Source: an uncultured Lachnospiraceae bacterium
Lineage (GTDB): Bacteria > Bacillota > Clostridia > Lachnospirales > Lachnospiraceae
Direction of reading: 5' to 3'
DNA length: 64,000 nt
NCBI GenBank assembly: GCA_900320345.1
Contig: ONRZ01000009.1
Span: 3,950-67,949, forward strand
Position numbers and translations under genes: made by a program. The notes under the pieces are model-generated. The model did no database searches and was not told the origin of the DNA. It worked only from the letters and a program-made list of their open reading frames with translations. This document shows, one piece after another, positions 57,266-64,000 of the stretch (its first letter is position 1; each line of letters starts with the position of its first letter).

Positions 57266-58300
57266 CTATGATGAAATAGATACCGTAGTTACCGCACCGT
57301 CTTTTACCTCCACTTCGATATAAAGTCCGGAATCGGCACAATCAGCAAGATATCCGGCAAACTCAGCCTTTGAAACATTTTCGGGTCCGGCATCTCCTCC
57401 GATCATCTGATATACCGTACTGTCATTTACGGTAAATACATGCATCAGATCATCCGAAACACTGATGGGATCCTGCTCCCTTGAGTTCCTGTAGTCCATA
57501 GATCCGGTCAGGGAAAGCGTATCCTCCGACAACTGCGACTTGTAAACCACCGTATAAAGCAGACCGTATTCATCCGTGGTCCCGATCTTGCTTTCATCGG
57601 ATGACTTAAGATATGCCCCGTAAACTCCGTCCGCATTTTCTGTCTCCTTAGGTACATCAGATACATCAGATGCATCGGCTGCATCTACGTTTGGTTCGTT
57701 CGTTTCCGAATACATCTGTTCGGCAACCGCCTGTATATCAAACCCGTCAAGATCTTCTGCCGCAACGGAAAGCGAATATTTTATCCCTATCTCAATGTCA
57801 TACCATGTTATAAGATCGATATATCCTGTATCGCCAACGGCCCGGTACATCTGACCTGTCATATTTCCGCCGCCCCAATTTGCTAAAGTAACATTCTCGG
57901 GACCTGCCGTCCATTCGGTATATATGCCGGAAATATCAGCATCCTCAGCTGCTCCCTGCTGCGCTCTTGCCGTAAAGTTCATGTTATCCATATCAAAATT
58001 CAGCTGGATCATCGGTCCAAGACCTTTATCGGGATCACCGAGAGCTTCGCATTTGAGCCACTCCTGTGCCCCGGCCCCCTGAGGAGCCTTAAATAATCTC
58101 GGACAGATCTTATCGGCTTCTTCTTCGGATATATTTACCCATGGATTGCCCATACCGACTTCGTTATTATCTTCCTCAACAAACTCTATAGCCGGATTCT
58201 CTTCACCCGTATCCTTTTTTTCTTCCTTTTTGCTGCATCCGCTAAGTACAGCCAGCGTACATGCACATATGCATGACACTATGACGATCTTTTTTTTCAT
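57266..58300 (-). CDS. Hypothetical lipoprotein
   Basis: 344 aa. Signal peptide plus lipobox (LAVLSGCSKKEEK). I recognise no family. Confidence 0.6.
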   Translation of the reverse strand: MKKKIVIVSCICACTLAVLSGCSKKEEKKDTGEENPAIEFVEEDNNEVGMGNPWVNISEEEADKICPRLFKAPQGAGAQEWLKCEALGDPDKGLGPMIQLNFDMDNMNFTARAQQGAAEDADISGIYTEWTAGPENVTLANWGGGNMTGQMYRAVGDTGYIDLITWYDIEIGIKYSLSVAAEDLDGFDIQAVAEQMYSETNEPNVDAADASDVSDVPKETENADGVYGAYLKSSDESKIGTTDEYGLLYTVVYKSQLSEDTLSLTGSMDYRNSREQDPISVSDDLMHVFTVNDSTVYQMIGGDAGPENVSKAEFAGYLADCADSGLYIEVEVKDGAVTTVSISS

Positions 58301-58563
58301 TACTTTCTCCCTTCATCGAAATCATTATTTACACAGACAGTATTTCAAGGATTCGTATACCAAGTGTAGCACACTTAAACTCACCTGTTAATCCCTTACA
58401 ACATCCCGTGAAAATATGAAGCCTGTTTTTACACACAAAAGCCTCCTCTTATAAACGTATGCATTCCAATAAGATGCGGGCGTCTTAAGAAGAGGCTGAC
58501 TCTGTTTAAATTCATTTTCAAGGAAATCGCAAACAATGAAACAGGAAGCGGTTCCCCGGTTCA

Positions 58564-60330
58564 TTAAGCGATCTGCCAGTTTTCCGCCTGCTGTCTGATC
58601 TTTACGAAGCCCGCATACCTGCCTCCGAGGTTTACCAGTTCACTGTGCCTTCCCTTCTCTACGATCCTTCCGTCATCAACCACAAGTATCTGATCCGCTG
58701 CTTCTATCGTCGCAAGCCTGTGTGCGATTATGATCACTGTCTTGCCCCTTGAAAGTTCGGTTATCGCGCCCTGTATAAGATGCTCGTTTTCGGGATCGAT
58801 ACTCGCCGTCGATTCATCAAGGATAATGACCGGCGAATCCTTAAGTATCGCCCTGGCTATGGAGATCCTCTGCTTCTGTCCGCCCGAGAGTGTCCCGCCG
58901 CCTTCACCGATCACGGTATCGTATCCGTTCGGCAGCTCCATGATAAAATCATGGCAGCGGGCCTTCTTTGCCGCATCGATCATTTCTTCTTCCGTTACAT
59001 TATCCCTGCCGAAGCAGATGTTTGCGCGGATGGTATCGTTAAACAGATATACATTCTGAAATACCATGGAGATATTCTTAAGCAGGCTGTCCAGACTGTA
59101 CTCTCTCACATCGATTCCGCCAAGAGTGATCCTGCCTCCCGTTACATCATAGAATCTTGCGATCAGGTTACAGATCGTGGTCTTGCCGCTTCCCGAGGGA
59201 CCTACGATCGCTGTAGTGGATCCTTCGGGGATCGTAAAGGAGACATCTTTAAGGACTTTCCTGTTTTCTGTTGATGAAGCGTCGGAATATGAAAAATCCA
59301 CATTTGAAAATTCAATATCATGGTTCTCCGGTATTATACCCGTACCTTCCGCATCCAGAAGATTGGTGTCCGAAAACATCTCCATCTTATCAAATGCGTT
59401 ATTGATAACTGACAGAACATGGGCACTGTCTGCTATCGGCTCTACGGAGTTAAAGATAGACATTGACAAAAAGGATACTATAAGAACCATGGAAAGTTCA
59501 AGCTTCCCCGCGAGTCCCGCACACATGACCGCAATGATCATCCAGACGCTTGCTGCCTTAAGCGCGAAGATATGAAGACAGTTATACGGGATGAAGCCGC
59601 ACTCTATCTTTAAAGCTATTCTTTTTGCGCTTGCACATGCCTTTGTGAAATCTTTTACGGAAGCCCCTACCATCCCAAAGGATTTGACCACAGGCAGTCC
59701 CCTTGTATATTCAAGTGCTGCCCTTGTAAGACGTTCGTTCTCTGCATTCAATACCTTTGTGTTGGCACTGCTGTGCTTCGATATCATTAAAAGAAACAGG
59801 AACGAGACAAATACTCCGGCCAGAGCGATAAGTGCACATTCCGGTATAATAAATGCAAGGAATAAAAGTACACACAGGAAATTAAGATATCCTCCGATAA
59901 AGCCGTCAACCATCCTTATACCCATGTTTTCAAGAGTCGCCAGTCCCGTAGTTATGGCATTTAATATCGCACCGGTATCATTAGTCTGAAAATATCCTAA
60001 GGATACTCTTTTAAGGGCTTCTCCTATTTTAAGGCGGTCTCTTGCCACAAGCTCATAACCTATCTTTTCGTGAAAGCGCGCCTTTAAGTAATCAAACAGA
60101 AATCTGGCACATACCATCAGCATTATCATAAGCAGGCTTTTTGCGGCAAGCCCTTGATCGATGCCGCTGCCGTTTTTTAAATCTGTTATGATCCTTCCGA
60201 TAACGTATCCCGAATAAGCGACCGGAGCCGCTACAGCCCATGATGAAAAAAATGAAAATACAAATCCGATAAACAGGCTTGCTTTGAATTCTCCGCACCA
60301 GTCTATGATCCTCTTTACAGTCCTAAACAT
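58564..60330 (-). CDS. ABC exporter, fused permease-ATPase (half of a heterodimer)
   Basis: 588 aa. A 6-TM domain, then GPSGSGKTT, LSGGQKQR and IILDESTASID. Confidence 0.9.
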   Translation of the reverse strand: MFRTVKRIIDWCGEFKASLFIGFVFSFFSSWAVAAPVAYSGYVIGRIITDLKNGSGIDQGLAAKSLLMIMLMVCARFLFDYLKARFHEKIGYELVARDRLKIGEALKRVSLGYFQTNDTGAILNAITTGLATLENMGIRMVDGFIGGYLNFLCVLLFLAFIIPECALIALAGVFVSFLFLLMISKHSSANTKVLNAENERLTRAALEYTRGLPVVKSFGMVGASVKDFTKACASAKRIALKIECGFIPYNCLHIFALKAASVWMIIAVMCAGLAGKLELSMVLIVSFLSMSIFNSVEPIADSAHVLSVINNAFDKMEMFSDTNLLDAEGTGIIPENHDIEFSNVDFSYSDASSTENRKVLKDVSFTIPEGSTTAIVGPSGSGKTTICNLIARFYDVTGGRITLGGIDVREYSLDSLLKNISMVFQNVYLFNDTIRANICFGRDNVTEEEMIDAAKKARCHDFIMELPNGYDTVIGEGGGTLSGGQKQRISIARAILKDSPVIILDESTASIDPENEHLIQGAITELSRGKTVIIIAHRLATIEAADQILVVDDGRIVEKGRHSELVNLGGRYAGFVKIRQQAENWQIA

Positions 60331-60350
60331 ATCTTATGCCTCCTTTAAAC

Positions 60351-62147
60351 TTAATAGGTAATGGTTCCTCCTCCGGCAGCCCAGTTTTTTGCACCTATAT
60401 GCGCCTGCCACATTCTCCTATACAGAGCCGATCTTTCCATAAGCTCTTCCTGTGTTCCCATATCTTCGATACGCCCGTCGTTCAATACCACGATCCTGTC
60501 CGCATTTTTGATCGTCGAGAGCCTGTGGGCGATCACCAATAATGTCTTGCCCTTTGTCAGGTTTGCAATGGACTCCTGAAGTTTTGTCTCATTCTCGGGG
60601 TCAGTAAATGCCGTCGCTTCATCCAGTATTACGATAGGTGCATTCTTAAGCATCATACGCGCTATGGCGATACGCTGCCTCTCACCTCCCGACAGGCGTT
60701 TCCCGGCCTCTCCCGCAGATGTGTTGTATCCGTCAGGAAGCTTTCGTATGAAGTCATCGCAGCAGGCTGACTTTGCCGCACTTATCACTTCTTCATCGGT
60801 GGCATCGGGTTTCCCAAGCCGTATGTTTTCCATGATAGATCTTGAAAAGAGGAAATTATCCTGCGTTACGAAGCTTACAATATCCGCGAGCGAAGTCACT
60901 TTGATATCTTTTATGTTCATACCGCCTATACTGATACTTCCTCCGCTCACGTCCCAGAACCTGGCTATGAGCTTCGCCACCGTGGATTTTCCTCCGCCGC
61001 TCGGACCTACCAGTGCCGTAAAACTCCCTTCGTTCATGGTCAGATCTATCCCGTGAAGTACTTCCCCCTGATCTTCATCATATGTAAAATGCACATCCTT
61101 AAGCTCTATCGTATGACTCACAGGAAGCTTCTCCTTCTCGGGTTCGGGAAGGCTCTTTATCTTTAAAAACTTCTGTATTTCAAGTACCGTATACTGCATC
61201 TGTCTGAGTCCGTTTGAAAAGACCTCGATCTTGGTCATGCTTATCACCATGGACATCGCGAGCATAACGGAAAGCGCCATTTCCGATACCGTCATGCTGC
61301 CCTTTCCCACAAGCATGATACTTACCGGGATCACTCCAAGCAGTGTCGCCGGCATAAAGGCAAAAGCCAGTTTCATCGTAACCCATGTCGACTCAAGCCA
61401 TTCGATCACAAAATCCCTGTAATCCCTGATGGATCCTGCAAATTTCTCATAGCTTACCCCTGCCTTTCCAAATGCCTTGATGACTTCGATACCTTCCACA
61501 TATTCAACGATCATACTGCTCATATGTGCATTTGCTTCCTGATACTTTGTCATGTTCTTACCGCTTAACTTAAACGTCAGCATCATAAAAATCATTCCTA
61601 TCGGCAGGGCCAGAAGCGAAGCCAGGGCCACGCGTATATCAACCATTGCAAGAGCTGCGAAACATACGATGGGGAGCAGGATGTGGCCGGCTCCTTCCGG
61701 GACAACATGTGCAAGCGGCGGCTCTATATCTTCGATCTTATCAACGATAACGCTTTTGATCTCACCTATCGAATGAGCATACACTTCCCCGAGCGGAGCC
61801 TTAAGGAAGACATCCGCGACCTTAAGTCTTAACCCTTCCAGAACATTGAATGCAACATAATGCGATATCCCGGTTGATATCCCGAAGCAGATAACCTTTA
61901 CAAGATAAGCGCATAACGCGATAAGGCACCGGTTCATTAAAAATGCTTTATCAAGACTGTCCGTGATATACCTGTCAAGTATCCCGTAAACGCAGTAGTA
62001 TGGCACAAGTCCCGCAAGAAGGCTTACCATCGAGAAAACCACCGACAGCCCCAGTTTTCCTCCGCTGCCCTTTGCATAGGACAGCAATGTGCCAAACCAC
62101 TTCTTTTCTTCATCTGCTGTTTCTTCTCTTGATGTTTCTTCGTTCAT
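60351..62147 (-). CDS. ABC exporter, fused permease-ATPase (half of a heterodimer)
   Basis: 598 aa. A 6-TM domain, then GPSGGGKST, LSGGERQR and VILDEATAFTD. Confidence 0.9.
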   Translation of the reverse strand: MNEETSREETADEEKKWFGTLLSYAKGSGGKLGLSVVFSMVSLLAGLVPYYCVYGILDRYITDSLDKAFLMNRCLIALCAYLVKVICFGISTGISHYVAFNVLEGLRLKVADVFLKAPLGEVYAHSIGEIKSVIVDKIEDIEPPLAHVVPEGAGHILLPIVCFAALAMVDIRVALASLLALPIGMIFMMLTFKLSGKNMTKYQEANAHMSSMIVEYVEGIEVIKAFGKAGVSYEKFAGSIRDYRDFVIEWLESTWVTMKLAFAFMPATLLGVIPVSIMLVGKGSMTVSEMALSVMLAMSMVISMTKIEVFSNGLRQMQYTVLEIQKFLKIKSLPEPEKEKLPVSHTIELKDVHFTYDEDQGEVLHGIDLTMNEGSFTALVGPSGGGKSTVAKLIARFWDVSGGSISIGGMNIKDIKVTSLADIVSFVTQDNFLFSRSIMENIRLGKPDATDEEVISAAKSACCDDFIRKLPDGYNTSAGEAGKRLSGGERQRIAIARMMLKNAPIVILDEATAFTDPENETKLQESIANLTKGKTLLVIAHRLSTIKNADRIVVLNDGRIEDMGTQEELMERSALYRRMWQAHIGAKNWAAGGGTITY

Positions 62148-62283
62148 TGTTTTCGTCTCCTCTTCTATGTTTTTTAATGATCCCCTGATCTGCTGTTTTT
62201 TATGTGTCCAAGTACCTGTCCGATCCCTTTTATCTCTTTAGGTTAACGTTCCACCCTCTTTGTTAGCTAACCCCTTAAACGGC

Positions 62284-62319
62284 CTCACCGCCCGATCCCT
62301 TTCGGAACCGGACGGTGAG
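62284..62319 (-). terminator. Strong hairpin between the TetR and ABC exporter genes
   Basis: Minus strand has a 16-bp stem (three G-U pairs) capped by a GAAA tetraloop: CTCACCGTCCGGTTCC-GAAA-GGGATCGGGCGGTGAG. Only a weak T tract follows. Confidence 0.5.
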
Positions 62320-62371
62320 TGTGGTTTCTTTAAATATTTAATTTGCAACTGCTCAAAACAATCTCATTATG

Positions 62372-63016
62372 TCATAAGGAATCCACCGCTTCGCGGCACC
62401 CCTTATGACCAATTCCCATCATTTCCTTCCAGCCGGGAAGAAAAAACTTCTCCAATGTCGACAATGCTTCGTTTGCCTCTTCATAAGGATAATTGTGGAC
62501 CACGGGTTCAAACAGAGCCGTGAGATAGGCTGTCAGTAAAAGATGCAATTGCTGCTGCGTGATCTTAGGTGCGTTAATCCCCGACTTCCTTAGTTCGTTA
62601 AGATAGACCAGGAACTTATCCTGCGCCATTTCCGTCATATCATGAAGATAATTCTCATATTTGCTGCCTTTTGATCTTGCTATAAGCAGATGATAATCCT
62701 CCATATTTGGATAGACAACCTCACGCATCATATCTATAAAGGAATCCTGCCAGACCATCTTCCTGTTTTTCTTCACCGGTTCCTCGTATCTATGCATATG
62801 CGCCCTGCCCCAGTCCATCAGTTTATCCTCTGCGGGAGATACCAGCTGACAGAAGAGATCCTCCTTATCCTTACAATGGCGGTAGATACCCGCCGCAGTC
62901 ATACCGCAGCGATCGGCAATGCTTCGCATTGATGCCTTCTCATAGCCCCTCTCAAGGAATTCTTCCCTGGCGGCCGCCATTATCTTAATATGGTTTACGG
63001 ACTTATCTCTTGGCAA
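62372..63016 (-). CDS. TetR-family transcriptional regulator
   Basis: 214 aa from a TTG start after AAAGAGGAAA. N-terminal HTH: IMAAAREEFLERGYEKASMRSIADRCGMTAAGIYRHCKDKEDLF. Confidence 0.85.
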   Translation of the reverse strand: MPRDKSVNHIKIMAAAREEFLERGYEKASMRSIADRCGMTAAGIYRHCKDKEDLFCQLVSPAEDKLMDWGRAHMHRYEEPVKKNRKMVWQDSFIDMMREVVYPNMEDYHLLIARSKGSKYENYLHDMTEMAQDKFLVYLNELRKSGINAPKITQQQLHLLLTAYLTALFEPVVHNYPYEEANEALSTLEKFFLPGWKEMMGIGHKGCREAVDSL

Positions 63017-63105
63017 TTTCCTCTTTGTTAACGATGTATGCTAACATCATTAGCTAACATGCGTATAAAATACCATGTTGAAAGCTGCTTGTCAAGTATT
63101 CCATC

Positions 63106-63228
63106 TCATTTTTTCGGCATCCGGGGAATACACCTGTTAACACGCTGCAGATAATATTCGTATTCTTTGCCGTACAGATCCTTAAGCCACTTCTCTTCGG
63201 TATTTATCAATATAACATAATTTTTCAT
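63106..63228 (-). pseudogene. C-terminal remnant of an ICMT/PEMT-family membrane methyltransferase
   Basis: My translation (40 aa): MKNYVILINTEEKWLKDLYGKEYEYYLQRVNRCIPRMPKK. The EEKxL...G.EY..Y...V.R.IP block is the conserved C-terminal end of that family, and the membrane domain is absent. Confidence 0.3.
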
Positions 63229-63237
63229 GATCTCTCC

Positions 63238-63867
63238 TTACTTCTTCTTATATCCGCAGTCACAATACGGACCGCCGGATGCCAGTGTATATTCCCTGAC
63301 AAAATCGGAGGCGCCGCCCAGTTCACTCATTGTATAGTCCAAATGGCACATCGCGGGAACCAGATCATAAAAACCATATTCCTTCATAAGTACGCATATC
63401 CCGCATTTATAAAACCTCGCCTCATATCCGCTGCCATCATTATACGGAATATAGTCCATGTTCCACGAGTACGGATTCCGGTCAGCTGCCCTTAAAGAAG
63501 CTGTCTTTTTCATTCCTTCAATATCGCTGTCAGTGAACTTCTTCTTTCCGCCCATACGGCAGAATATCTTTGTAGCCGTATTTGTCATTGCATGCTCATA
63601 ATAGCGGGTAACCTCTTCCGCCGAAGGTCTCCTGTCCATGCTGAGAAGAAAAGCCGTTAAAACCGCACAGTTTACAATATTCGTTTTGAATCTGTCTTCC
63701 TTTTCAAACTCGGGCAGTTTTTCTATGATCTCCCTGTATTTTAACTTTGCGGCATTCGTTACCCTCTTCGCACCGTAATGATCATATCCAAGATCATCTG
63801 TAAGCGCTTTCCGAAAGTGCCCTCTAAATATCATCCACATGCCCGCCGGCATTCCAATATACTTCAT
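63238..63867 (-). CDS. L-2-amino-thiazoline-4-carboxylic acid hydrolase family protein
   Basis: 209 aa. The C-terminal pattern CGICVLMKEYG...MCHLDYTMSE...REYTLASGGPYCDCGY matches the Cys-rich signature of that family as I recall it. Confidence 0.55.
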   Translation of the reverse strand: MKYIGMPAGMWMIFRGHFRKALTDDLGYDHYGAKRVTNAAKLKYREIIEKLPEFEKEDRFKTNIVNCAVLTAFLLSMDRRPSAEEVTRYYEHAMTNTATKIFCRMGGKKKFTDSDIEGMKKTASLRAADRNPYSWNMDYIPYNDGSGYEARFYKCGICVLMKEYGFYDLVPAMCHLDYTMSELGGASDFVREYTLASGGPYCDCGYKKK

Positions 63868-64000
63868 TTATGATCACCTCTTAAGTGAAAAAGTCCGTGT
63901 CTGTATTCAGGTCTTATCAAAATATGATCATATTCAAGCAGAATGGCTGTCATTTCCTCGCCAGGACCGTGATCCATGGCTTGCTCTCATGATGATCGGA

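Noticed and set aside
63864-64000. A 29-codon ORF (MTAILLEYDHILIRPEYRHGLFHLRGDHK, 63864-63953) linked by ATGA overlaps to the ATC-hydrolase gene and to a partial upstream ORF ending ...SKPWITVLARK at the window edge.
   Set aside because: It is too short and too close to the window edge to call. It may be a GNAT-like N-terminal remnant, but I cannot support it from 137 nt.

Overview
Firmicutes/Clostridia-type chromosomal segment, shown by a PolC replicase and a Clostridial-style dcw/ftsZ cluster. A Lachnospiraceae-like origin is only a guess. All features I can support (about 55 CDS or CDS remnants and one tRNA) lie on the minus strand.

Layout from low to high coordinates:
- (1) 1-9.2 kb: sugar-sensing locus. 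It holds a ChvE/GguAB-like ABC importer, a LytS/YesM-type kinase, a YesN-type AraC response regulator, a membrane-anchored binding-protein-like sensor partner, and a truncated MglB-like gene at the window edge.
- (2) polC and ispG.
- (3) 15-23 kb: accessory three-gene cluster. It encodes a secreted papain-fold protein with both catalytic residues substituted and about 8 Ig-like repeats, a non-RD Hanks Ser/Thr kinase with an extracytoplasmic helical-repeat domain, and a C-terminally anchored Ig-repeat protein.
- (4) gdhA, an SH3b protein, tRNA-Arg(CCG), efp, aroK, aroE, yqeG-like, a five-gene peptide/nickel-type ABC importer, and nrdR.
- (5) The division cluster mraZ-rsmH-ftsL-pbp-mraY-murD-ftsW-ftsQ-ftsZ, with a clear MraZ-box array.
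- (6) ychF.
- (7) 47.3-64 kb: accessory, decay-rich region.

Contents of the 47.3-64 kb region:
- Tn916-like xis/int remnants with a Fic protein and a small HTH gene.
- Two alpha/beta hydrolases.
- A radical-SAM gene frameshifted inside its CX3CX2C motif.
- A binding-protein plus dCache-GGDEF pair.
- A single-ORF MntP-ZIP fusion.
- A lipoprotein.
- A TetR plus heterodimeric ABC exporter module.
- An ATC-hydrolase-family gene.

I found no CRISPR array, rRNA or intact mobile element. The best candidates for undescribed biology are the pseudoprotease/kinase/Ig-repeat cluster, the binding-protein-coupled diguanylate cyclase and the MntP-ZIP fusion. All functional links are inference from sequence only. 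No database search, HMM or GC calculation was run.
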